Of a stretch of DNA of 64,000 nucleotides, positions 23,501 to 31,048 are shown in pieces. Each line of letters opens with the position of its first letter. The first letter of the stretch is position 1. Source of the stretch: an uncultured bacterium (GTDB taxonomy: Bacteria; Krumholzibacteriota; Krumholzibacteriia; Krumholzibacteriales; Krumholzibacteriaceae); the NCBI GenBank assembly GCA_963813815.1, contig CAWFAD010000010.1, positions 128,001 through 192,000 of the forward strand. Reading direction: 5' to 3'. The translations under genes were made by a program, and so were the position numbers. A model generated the notes under the pieces. That model was given only the letters and a program-made list of their open reading frames with translations, made no database searches and had not been told where the DNA came from.

Positions 23501-24127
23501 AGCTCGATGCGGCTGCAGGCCGGAAGCTTCATATCGTTCAACCTCAACCAGACCTGGTCCATGGAGTACCGGGAGATCGTCGCCACGACCTTCAGCACCG
23601 GATTCGATCTGCGCGGAGCGTTCGCCTATCCGGCGACGTGGAAGGAGCCCGAGCGCGAGCGCATCGCCGCCGCCCTCGACGAACCCTCCGATGCCCCCGT
23701 TCCGGGCGGGGCCGCCGCGCCGGGCCTGACTCCGGCGTCGGCGGGGAGCTGGTCGCTTCGGCTCAATTACAACTTGAGCCAGAACGTCGGGCGCCGGCTG
23801 CTCTCCGACGGCTCCATCGCGGCGACCCGGCAAACGGACAGCAACCTCGATCTCGGCGGCGCGCTCTCGCTCACGAAGAACTGGCGGATCACCTACTACG
23901 CGTACTACAACGTCGAGGCCCGCGATTTCACCGAGTACCGCTACGCGATCGAGCGCGATCTCCACTGCTGGCGCGCGAGCTTCAACCATCGGCGCTTCGG
24001 AGACGATTGGAGCTACTATTTCCAGATCGCGATCAAGGCGCATCCCGACATCATGTACGAGCAGGGCACCCGCGGAATCCAGTCGTTCGGAGGCTCCGGC
24101 GGCGGATTTCCCATGAGCGGGTACTGA
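20561..24127 (+). CDS. lptD: LptD-like LPS assembly outer membrane protein with long N-terminal OstA/LptA-like region
   Basis: Signal peptide; repeated 'AD..Y..G.V' jellyroll strands; YTTCD..PHY, LPVFYLPF, RSSGLL.P, GYYW and RDLHCW motifs. Confidence 0.78.
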   Translation: MRERARGRMKIVMSRGFHLRLLFAAIAASLAAAAVCPPAGAQEGVPAAGDSAIYRVDAARLRWTTEDAERVIYLEGGVRLEHQTTTITGSWGKHYPSRRYLMLHDSVRVVDGTTVMTADEGEYFGGTNTVVLRGRVRVRDTGWQARCDRVTYDRTTRVAVMTGNLSLADSTRTLYADTIVYDRFRETADARGGVVLADDVEDYSIAGAHARYDRARRKAVVDVDPVLTFDLRAEEKGIVTSRLMRFDIDRKLGIAEGDVNLAKGETRASCDSAAIYDEEGRIELYGKPLATSDRSSMSGTRMILWYDDAAVQRIVLPEDGRIAESPPEGSPWRDDSWIEGDSIAVYLSDERVDSVRIERSARAMYYPAEETERKVSNNYAAGSRMYFAFREGELSYLRIDGKATGLYQFLNLGGTETIDSLSAAIDTALVFRSFEKSSERVRYSADTIEYYAGRENIVMHGKAMLKYQDSSLEARRIDYDSRLNIIEATGAPVLTEADQRMYGEDMGYDMDTQAGVVVEGSTKYDQGYYVGSNIFKVGSDVLKVYHSTYTTCDLKEPHYSLRSDKMKVYVNDKIVSGPITLRIGELPVFYLPFMVNSLRRDRSSGLLRPNFDIGIDSRDGRFIRGLGYYWATNDYTDFTLVGDFNENRNIRFNVANRYKLRYVLDGDVRLDFVRQFDPSGTEWRIESDHSQQFSRTASFRSNLEFVSSDEAQEAINSSEDTRRFIDRKIYSTASYRQSWGGTSLSLSASRDQKLNVQSPTTPSIAMTLPSLSIALPRTSLWFGDKHSSSERSFWESALGGIAFTPSLSGNHSRSESEVQKRSVVTASSGAGFSRQQSVGFLDVNPSMSLRWNYQKEIENTVDTAGTGIVFVPARAEYRNEVSMSLSTGLGTKIYGTFHPRIGSLAGIRHTLNPVVSWQYVPKLSERQRSSQSVSWELRNSIDLKLVKGERETKQNGVFTWYLNGYYRPEKAIADAFSDISSSMRLQAGSFISFNLNQTWSMEYREIVATTFSTGFDLRGAFAYPATWKEPERERIAAALDEPSDAPVPGGAAAPGLTPASAGSWSLRLNYNLSQNVGRRLLSDGSIAATRQTDSNLDLGGALSLTKNWRITYYAYYNVEARDFTEYRYAIERDLHCWRASFNHRRFGDDWSYYFQIAIKAHPDIMYEQGTRGIQSFGGSGGGFPMSGY

Positions 24128-24200
24128 AACCGGGCGGAGGCGCGAGACGGGCGTCCCCTGAAAAATCTTGTATCCTCGCGGATAAATCGAGATAAAATTG

Positions 24201-24229
24201 TTGACAACAGGGCGAACGGACGGTAGGGT
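24201..24229 (+). promoter_or_regulatory. sigma70 promoter of the HU gene
   Basis: TTGACA-17 nt-TAGGGT; AAGGAGGT SD before ATG 24266. Confidence 0.6.
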
Positions 24230-24265
24230 GGCGCCAAATCCACGTTCAAGCAAAGGAGGTGAATC

Positions 24266-24559
24266 ATGAACAAGACCGATCTCATCGAAAAGGTCGCCAA
24301 GAAGACCGGGTTGACACTGAAGGATTCGCGCGCCGTCGTCGAAACGATTTTCAGCACTTCTCCGAAGGAAGGCGTCATCGCCGCCGAGCTCGACGCCGGC
24401 AGGAAGGTTCAGATCACCGGTTTCGGGACCTTCATGACGCGCAGAAGGAAGAAACGCATGGGACGCAACCCGCAGACGGGCGAAGCGATCACGATTCCTG
24501 CGGCGAAGTTCCCCGCGTTCGCGGCCGGCAAGTCGCTCAAGGCTCGCGTCGCGAAGTAA
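24266..24559 (+). CDS. hup: HU family DNA-binding protein
   Basis: [20 protein letters not shown] and F.AGK.LK motifs. Confidence 0.93.
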   Translation: MNKTDLIEKVAKKTGLTLKDSRAVVETIFSTSPKEGVIAAELDAGRKVQITGFGTFMTRRRKKRMGRNPQTGEAITIPAAKFPAFAAGKSLKARVAK

Positions 24560-24574
24560 CCGAGTTTTCGCAGG

Positions 24575-24612
24575 GGGGCAAAGGGAGTTCGCTCTTTTTG
24601 CCCCGTTTTTTT
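24575..24612 (+). terminator. Rho-independent terminator
   Basis: GGGGCAAAGGGAG-TTCG-CTCTTTTTGCCCC hairpin followed by a T7 tract. Confidence 0.8.
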
Positions 24613-24660
24613 GCAGGCACGAGGGCGGCGCCGGACGGCGGCGCCGCGGTCGGGACGCAT

Positions 24661-26037
24661 ATGCGCTTCATGGTTCTCCTCCTCGGGGCGGGCGCCCTCG
24701 CCGCCTCGTTCGCCGGCTGCGACGAGGAGCGGCCGGTCACCGTGCTTTTCACGGGGGACGACCGGGGATTCGTCGTCCCCGCGGGTTGAGGGGAGACCGC
24801 CTCCGGCGGCGTGGCCCGGCGGGCCGCGAAAATCAACGAGCTCCGTCTCCGCGACGCGGAGCTTCTGCTGCTCTCGGCCGGCGATTTCAGCGCCGAGCCC
24901 GGTATCGTCGAAATGTACCGCTCCCGTTTTCTCTCGCGCACGATGGTCGCTCTCGGCTACGACGCAGTGGCCGTCGGGGAGCGCGAGCTCAACCACGGCA
25001 TCCGGACGCTCAAGGCGGAGGCGGAGGAGGGGCTGCCGCTCATCTGCGCGAATCTCTTCGAGGGCGGGGAGCGCGTCTTTCCTCCGTATATCGTGAAAAA
25101 GGCGCACGGAAAGAGGATCGGCATTCTCGCGCTGCTCGGAGCTCCTCCGCGGGAAACGCGAGGGCTCGAGATCCGCGATCCGGCGTCCGAGGGGCGCGAG
25201 GTCATCGAGGAACTGCGGGGCCGGACGGACTGCATCATCCTCCTCGCGCACATGGGGCGCGAGGAGCTCGCCCATGTGTTGCCGGCGCTCGAGGGGGTCG
25301 ACATCGTCATCCGCGCTCACGCGGCGGGGATCGAGCAGGAAGCGGGCGACTGCGCCGATACGACGGGCGGCCACTTCGAGAACGCGGCGAAGCCGATCCT
25401 CTTCGCGGGGGATCGCGGCCGGAAAATCGGGCTCGCGGCCGTCGCCGCCGCGGGCGGAGATCGCCCCGCGCTCGTCGAGCGGCGGCTCTTCGATCTCGAC
25501 TCGTCGGTTCCGGACGACTCCTCGACGGCGGAGCGGCTGCGCTCGTTCCTCGACGGGGAAGGAGAGCGGCGGCGCGAGCTCTCCCTCTCGAGGGCGCTTT
25601 CTCGCGAGGAGGGGACGGGGCGCGTTCTCGAACGCTACCTCGGCGTGGACGTTTGCGCGCGCTGCCACGGGGAGCTCATGCCGCGATTCACGCTGAGCCG
25701 CCACTCCCGCGCGATGGGGACGCTCCGCGCGCGCGGGGAGGAAACGAACCCCGTTTGCCTTCCGTGCCATACTACCGGATACGGACGCCCGACCGGGTAC
25801 AGCCCCGAAACAGAAACGAAGGGCGCGCCGTATCTTCAGGGGGTGCAATGCGAGGCCTGTCACGGTCCGGGAACGATGCACGAGCGCACCGGCGCCTACG
25901 CGGAGGCCGGCCGGAAATCCTGCCGCGCCTGCCACACGTCGAAGTGGAGCCCCGAGTTCGACTACGAGGCGTCATGGCGGCGGGCCGCGCATTGCGGGAA
26001 ACTCGCGGACAGCGCGTCCGCCGCGGGAGCGCCATGA
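24661..26037 (+). CDS. Selenoprotein: lipoprotein with UshA-like metallophosphoesterase domain fused to tetraheme cytochrome c (Sec at codon 43, TGA 24787-24789)
   Basis: Lipobox FAGC; TGDDRG..PAG-TGA-GETASGGVARRA in one frame; SAGDF, VGERE and LAH motifs; four CxxCH (CARCH, CLPCH, CEACH, CRACH). Confidence 0.78.
24810..24828 (+). promoter_or_regulatory. Putative SECIS hairpin
   Basis: CGTGGCCC-GGC-GGGCCGCG 8-bp stem with G-starting loop 28 nt after the UGA. Confidence 0.55.
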
Positions 26038-26777
26038 GAACGATCGCCAGCGCCGCAATCGCCCTCTCCCTCGCCGTCGCGGCCGTCCCCGCCGCCGCCG
26101 TGGATTTTCTCGTCCCCGGCGTCTCGCTCGGGTCCGTTTCGCTCGAGCCCGGCGCGCGGGTGCGCTACCTCGTCGTGACGCAATCGTTCGGATCGTCCGA
26201 TAGCTCGCAGGTCGAGCTCGCCGTTCTCTCGCACGGCCGCGGCGAGGTTCGTCTCGAGGTGTCGACCGCGCCCTATCCGCCCAGCCGAGACGAGACGTTC
26301 ACCGTGAGACTGCGGCTCGCGGAGAGCGTCACGTCGATCGAGTCGGCCGAGGAGTTCCGCGGGTGTCTCCGCGAGATCCGGATCCGCGAGGGGGACGAGG
26401 GTTTTCGCGCGCCCACGGATGACGAGCTCGACGAGCTCGCGATCGAGGATCTCTTCGTCCAAAGCTCCGCCGGCGCCGAGCGCCGGGCGCTCGAGAGCGG
26501 GAAGGTGGCCGTGCCGGCGGGATCCTTCACCTGCTCGGGGATCGAGACCTCGAGACGGAGCGCGCGCACGGTCACGCTCGGCGGCGTGCGGGCCGAGCGC
26601 ACCGAGGAGGAGGTGACCCGGATCTACCTCTCCCGGGACGTGCCGCTCTGGGGGCTCGTGAAGAGCCGAATGGAAAAGCGGAGCATGATGCGGCGCGAGG
26701 GCGCCCCGGCCGCGGCGCCGCGGATCACGATCACCGAATCGACGCTGCTCTCGTTCGAGAGGCCGCGCGCGAGATGA
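26034..26777 (+). CDS. Secreted hypothetical protein, translationally coupled to the selenoprotein
   Basis: Signal peptide MRTIASAAIALSLAVAAVPAAA; ATGA overlap; 'VPAGSF..' and 'VPLWGLVK' beta-rich segments. Confidence 0.65.
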   Translation: MRTIASAAIALSLAVAAVPAAAVDFLVPGVSLGSVSLEPGARVRYLVVTQSFGSSDSSQVELAVLSHGRGEVRLEVSTAPYPPSRDETFTVRLRLAESVTSIESAEEFRGCLREIRIREGDEGFRAPTDDELDELAIEDLFVQSSAGAERRALESGKVAVPAGSFTCSGIETSRRSARTVTLGGVRAERTEEEVTRIYLSRDVPLWGLVKSRMEKRSMMRREGAPAAAPRITITESTLLSFERPRAR

Positions 26778-26844
26778 CGCTCTTCCCCGCCCGCGCGCCG
26801 GCGGCCGGCTCCCGCGTTCGAGACGATTCCCATTGATGCTTCCC

Positions 26845-26872
26845 TTGCGAAAAACTATTTTTATGCTAGAAT
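26845..26872 (+). promoter_or_regulatory. sigma70-like promoter
   Basis: TTGCGA-16 nt-TAGAAT with extended TG in an AT-rich intergenic region. Confidence 0.5.
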
Positions 26873-26893
26873 GTAATCTCAAGGGGGGAATCT

Positions 26894-29248
26894 GTGCATC
26901 TTCGCTCGAGCGTGACGCTGTGTATCGCATGCGCGATCGTCGTTCTGGGAATCGAACCGGTGCGGGGGGAGATCCCGTCCCGTCCCGGGACCGTTTCGTG
27001 CGCCGTCATCGTTCATGACCGCTCCCCGGACTCCTTCGAGCGCGCCGTCGCCGCCGCGGAGGCGGCCGGCGCCCGCGCCATGCAGATGCTGCCTCCCGAA
27101 ACCTTTTTCGCGCGCTTTCCCGCCCGCCCCTCCCGGTCGCTCTTTCAGGGGCTTCCGGTCGAGCTCGTCTTCTCATCGGGCGACGTTCGCGGCAAGGGGC
27201 TCGGTCCCGTCGCCGAAAAGGCGCTCGGGCGTCTTTTCGACGGCATCGGCGCGGCGGCGGCCGGGGCGGCCCCCGCGGCGGGGGAGCCCGTCGAGGACGT
27301 CCTGCTCCGCGTTCCTCCCGAGATCATCCGCGCGGCGACTCCCGCGGGGCCTCGCCTCGCCTCGCCGGGCGAGATATTCGATCGAGGACCGACGCAGAAT
27401 AGCGAGTTTCTCATCGGAACCGTGCTCGTGAACATCGTTTTTCCGGAAAGCGACGGCGGCACGGAGAACTGGACCCAGGACGAGATTTCGGGCGCCGTGG
27501 CCGACCTGATGCTCGGCATCCAGCAGTATCTCGATCGCGCGGGCTGGATGACGACGCCGCTGCGCTTCATTTACAACTACAGGGATTACGTCGGGGTCCC
27601 CGTGTCCATCGAGCCGATCGAGAGCAACATGGACACGGATTACATCTGGATTTCCGAGGCGATGGCCGCGCTCGGCTACAGCGCCGACGCCTATTTCGGC
27701 CCGAGCGCGCTCAACAACGCGACGCGCTCCGCGTTCGACGCCGACTGGGTCTTTACGGCGTTCGTCGCCGACATGAGCGCGCATTACGATCCCGATCCCG
27801 ATCGTCCCGATCCCGGCTGCTGGGGCGGGGCGGGATACGTCGCCTACGCGTACCTCGGCGGCCCGTACCTCGTCATACCGTATCCGGCCTGCCGCTACGG
27901 GTACGGCCTCGGTTTCGGCCGCGTGTTCATTCACGAGATGAGCCACATTTTCTGGGCGCTCGACGAGTACGTGAGCGGCGATTATTACACGCTCTGCACC
28001 GAATGCTCGGGGTACCTCAACGTGCCGACGCTCAACACGCTCTTCCGGCCCGATATGTGCGGCTCCACCCCCGTCGAGTGCATCATGCAGACGGCGAGCC
28101 CTCCGTTCGAGTCGCCGCTCCCCATCTGCGAGACGACTCAGGGGCAGGTCGGGCTCTACGAGAAAGAGCTCGGCGCCATCACGGTGCCCGCCATCTACAG
28201 CCTCGCGCCCGAAATCGAGTTCGTCGTCCTGCCGGGGCTCGAGACCGACACGGTGCTGCCCGACGGAGAGTATCTGTTCGGGGCCCACGTGACGAATCCG
28301 GCCGTTCCGAACCTGAACTCCCAGCAGCCCTCCATCTACCGGATCGATTACGCGGCGGAGCTCGCGAGCGGAGAGATCTCGATCAACGAGATGCCGTACG
28401 AGCCGATCCGGCCCTCGACCGGGGCCTGGGACAGCTCGCGCGAGGACATCGGATTGATCATGGACGGAAGCGTGTTCGAGCCGGGCCTCAACTCGATCCA
28501 GCTGCGCGTGCGCAACATCGCCACGCTCGAAACGATCGCGGAAACGCAGGTGTTCGCGATCGGCATCAAGTATTTCTTCGTCGCGGCGGAGGCCGACAGC
28601 TCCGTCGTCGAGATCTCCTGGGTCACGCCGGGGGAGGTCTTCGGCGCGGCGTTTTCGGTGCTGCGCTCCGACGATACGATCGGCGAGACGGACGCCGTCG
28701 TGTCGGTCGTGACCGAGCCGGTGACGGCGGCTCCCGACCGCCGGGCCTACGCCTTCACGGACACCCTCGTTCGCCCGGGGCATCGCTACCGGTACCGGAT
28801 CGTCGCGTCGTTCGAAATAGATTTTCGCGGCGAGCATCTCGCGTATGAATTTCCGTCGGCCGAAATGAGCGCCACGGCGCTCATACCGATAGCGCCGGGA
28901 GCGTTCGTGTCGAGCCTGCTGCCGAATCCGACGAGAGGGCCGGTGTCCTTCACCGTCGAGGTGCCGATGAGCTATCAACGGGTCGACGACAGCCGGGCGC
29001 CGGCGCCGAACGCGGCGCGGCTCTCTCCCGCGTTGATTCCGGTCACGACGTTCGTCGACATCACGGTGTACAACGTTCTCGGGCAGCGGCTCCGCACGAT
29101 CTTCTCGGGCAGTCTCTTCGGCGGCTACATGTCTCTCGTCTGGGACGGCGCCGGCGATTCGGGCGCCCTCGTTCCGCCGGGGGTCTACTTTCTCTCCGTG
29201 ACGGCGGGAGGGGCGAGGGACGTGCGAAAGGTCGTCATCGTCCGCTGA
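26894..29248 (+). CDS. Secreted zinc metallopeptidase-like protein with C-terminal FlgD-Ig/T9SS-type sorting domain
   Basis: Signal peptide; HEMSHIFWALDEY zincin motif; CIM Met-turn-like segment; C-terminal PNP..VYNVLGQ..WDG..GVYF..KVVIVR. Confidence 0.75.
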   Translation: MHLRSSVTLCIACAIVVLGIEPVRGEIPSRPGTVSCAVIVHDRSPDSFERAVAAAEAAGARAMQMLPPETFFARFPARPSRSLFQGLPVELVFSSGDVRGKGLGPVAEKALGRLFDGIGAAAAGAAPAAGEPVEDVLLRVPPEIIRAATPAGPRLASPGEIFDRGPTQNSEFLIGTVLVNIVFPESDGGTENWTQDEISGAVADLMLGIQQYLDRAGWMTTPLRFIYNYRDYVGVPVSIEPIESNMDTDYIWISEAMAALGYSADAYFGPSALNNATRSAFDADWVFTAFVADMSAHYDPDPDRPDPGCWGGAGYVAYAYLGGPYLVIPYPACRYGYGLGFGRVFIHEMSHIFWALDEYVSGDYYTLCTECSGYLNVPTLNTLFRPDMCGSTPVECIMQTASPPFESPLPICETTQGQVGLYEKELGAITVPAIYSLAPEIEFVVLPGLETDTVLPDGEYLFGAHVTNPAVPNLNSQQPSIYRIDYAAELASGEISINEMPYEPIRPSTGAWDSSREDIGLIMDGSVFEPGLNSIQLRVRNIATLETIAETQVFAIGIKYFFVAAEADSSVVEISWVTPGEVFGAAFSVLRSDDTIGETDAVVSVVTEPVTAAPDRRAYAFTDTLVRPGHRYRYRIVASFEIDFRGEHLAYEFPSAEMSATALIPIAPGAFVSSLLPNPTRGPVSFTVEVPMSYQRVDDSRAPAPNAARLSPALIPVTTFVDITVYNVLGQRLRTIFSGSLFGGYMSLVWDGAGDSGALVPPGVYFLSVTAGGARDVRKVVIVR

Positions 29249-29282
29249 TCGCGAGTCCGCGCCGCGGCGGACGGAAATCCTG

Positions 29283-29311
29283 TTGACATCCTACACGCCT
29301 GGTGGTATAAG
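29283..29311 (+). promoter_or_regulatory. Near-consensus sigma70 promoter
   Basis: TTGACA-17 nt-TATAAG with extended TG. Confidence 0.75.
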
Positions 29312-29312
29312 G

Positions 29313-29360
29313 CCACCATATCTGGTATGATGGAGGTCCACCGAATACCGTATGCTGTAT
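29313..29360. promoter_or_regulatory. Tandem NrdR-box-like operators
   Basis: CCACCATATCTGGTAT (29313) and ATACCGTATGCTGTAT (29345), 32 bp start to start, resembling acaCwAtATaTwGtgt. Confidence 0.6.
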
Positions 29361-29398
29361 ACCGCGAAGCAGTCTATCCGCTGAAAGGGAGGGAGGAA

Positions 29399-29587
29399 AT
29401 GACGAGAGTGGAAAAGGAGGATACACTACTTCAGAAGGATAAAAATTACGTGAAATTTCACCGGCTTCTCGCCAAGGCCGAGGCCGAGGGCAGATTAGAC
29501 GGCAAGCACGTTTGCCCGGTGTGCGGGATGAGATTTCTCGCGCCGAAAGAGGCGGACGATTGCTGCCGCATCGTATCGTCGCAGTAA
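29399..29587 (+). CDS. 62-aa putative zinc-finger protein
   Basis: GGGAGG SD; HVCPVCGMRF...DCC (CxxC plus CC). Confidence 0.7.
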   Translation: MTRVEKEDTLLQKDKNYVKFHRLLAKAEAEGRLDGKHVCPVCGMRFLAPKEADDCCRIVSSQ

Positions 29588-29629
29588 TCATCCGGGGGAA
29601 CGTGAGGGTTCGATGGAAGGGGATCTTTC

Positions 29630-30067
29630 GTGACGCAGCGAAAAGTGAAAAGCAAAAAGGAACGCGCGCGAACCATCTCGCAGTACTGCTCGGTCTGCAA
29701 GAAGGCGTTCGACATGCCGGTCGTGGAGGAAGCGGACAATCAGGAAGTCATCTGGCTCAAATGTCCGGGGTGCAACGGTTACCTTCCGCATATGCTCAAC
29801 CAGGACGAGATCGGCGATGAGGACGAGGGAGACGCCGAAAAGACCGCGCACGCGTCGGAGGACGTCGCGATCGAAGATCTCTACACCGAGAACGCCCGCG
29901 AGTACAGCGAGGCCGGCCGGTACGAGGTCGGCGAGGTGATCTACCATCGATCCTGGAACGATTACGGCAAGGTGGTCGCCAAGGAGACGCTCCCGGGGAA
30001 CCGCAGCACGATTGTCGTGCATTTCGTGAACCAGGGAAAGATCAAGCTGCTGGAAGGAGTGGCATAG
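29630..30067 (+). CDS. Zn-ribbon, acidic linker and PcrA/UvrD-CTD-like Tudor domain protein
   Basis: CSVC...CPGC; DEIGDEDEGDAE; YEVGEVIYHRSW..GKVV...IVVHF..G.IKLL. Confidence 0.65.
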   Translation: MTQRKVKSKKERARTISQYCSVCKKAFDMPVVEEADNQEVIWLKCPGCNGYLPHMLNQDEIGDEDEGDAEKTAHASEDVAIEDLYTENAREYSEAGRYEVGEVIYHRSWNDYGKVVAKETLPGNRSTIVVHFVNQGKIKLLEGVA

Positions 30068-30079
30068 AAGGGCCGCGAA

Positions 30080-30895
30080 GTGCGTACCGGAACGTCCCCG
30101 CTGCTTCCCGTCGTTTTCATTCTGCTCGCCGTCTCTTCCGCCGCGCCGAGGGCGGCCGGCCTGTTCGATGATCCCCGTTTGCTCTTTCCGCCAGTCGACA
30201 CCGCGCGAACGGTCCTCTCGGTCGGCCACGCCGAGATCGATCTCGAAGACGGCGGGGCCTCGCTCGTATCGATCGAGGCGCTTCTCAGGACCGGCGCGAG
30301 AACGCGGATCGCGCTCGCGACGAGCTTCCCCGCGGTCCGCTCGGCGGGGGACGTCGCCTTCGGCGTCGGCGACCTCGTCGTTGCGGCGGCCGTCAGGCTC
30401 GCCGGCGACACGCTCGAGTCATCGGGCCTCTATCTCGACGCATCCTGCCGCGCGCCGACGGGATCGCGCTCGCTCGCCCCGTTTTCCCATGCCTCGCTCG
30501 ACGGATCGCTCGGCTGCGAGGTCCGCGGGAGGCTCTCGATTTTCGCGGCCCGCGCCCTCGCCCGCTACACGCTTGCCGGGGAGCGGCCGGTGGAAGGGGA
30601 TCTCCGTCACGACCACCATGCCACGCTCGCGGGGGAGCTCGCCTTGGAGATCCCGCGCGTCGGATCGGCGAGCGCCGGAGCGGCCTGGGTCAGGTACGCG
30701 GACGGCGCCGACCGCAGCTCGCTCTGCCTGTCGCTCTCGGCCCGCCTCTCGGAGGCGATCGCGGTCCGGATCGCCGTCGCTGCGGAAAGCGGGAGCGATG
30801 GAACGGCGGCGTACGAGCGCATGGCGGGGATCGCCCTTTCGTACCGGTTTTCCCCCCGGCCCGCGTCCCATTCCGCGGCACCGCAGTCTCCGTAA
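30080..30895 (+). CDS. Secreted hypothetical protein, possible outer membrane beta-barrel
   Basis: Signal peptide; alternating hydrophobic strands; near-terminal LSYRF. Confidence 0.5.
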   Translation: MRTGTSPLLPVVFILLAVSSAAPRAAGLFDDPRLLFPPVDTARTVLSVGHAEIDLEDGGASLVSIEALLRTGARTRIALATSFPAVRSAGDVAFGVGDLVVAAAVRLAGDTLESSGLYLDASCRAPTGSRSLAPFSHASLDGSLGCEVRGRLSIFAARALARYTLAGERPVEGDLRHDHHATLAGELALEIPRVGSASAGAAWVRYADGADRSSLCLSLSARLSEAIAVRIAVAAESGSDGTAAYERMAGIALSYRFSPRPASHSAAPQSP

Positions 30896-30910
30896 TTGCA
30901 GAGTGCAATT
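30894..30910. promoter_or_regulatory. Perfect inverted repeat AATTGCA-GAG-TGCAATT (possible enhancer-binding protein site)
   Basis: 7-bp arms, about 75 bp upstream of a sigma54-like promoter. Confidence 0.5.
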
Positions 30911-30980
30911 TCGACCCCTCTTCATTGTTCCTCATGATGACCGGTTCGTATGCGGACGGCTTCGTCGTTCCCTCGCTCGA

Positions 30981-30997
30981 AAGGCATGCGCCTTGCG
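30981..30997 (+). promoter_or_regulatory. sigma54 (-24/-12) promoter candidate
   Basis: AAGGCATGCGCCTTGCG: GG-N10-GC with TTGC. Confidence 0.5.
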
Positions 30998-31048
30998 TTC
31001 GCATGGCTCGGGAAGACAACCGTGGCAGAACATCTGAAAGGAACGGAA

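Noticed and set aside
20063..24253. 1396-aa minus-strand ORF and other long shadow ORFs (e.g. 49484-52849, 43014-45413)
   Set aside because: Antisense to well-supported genes, with no motifs; expected in about 70% GC DNA
24340..24390. Short insertion in HU (STSPKEG) as a novelty
   Set aside because: Small loop insertion, probably a lineage trait; no functional claim can be supported
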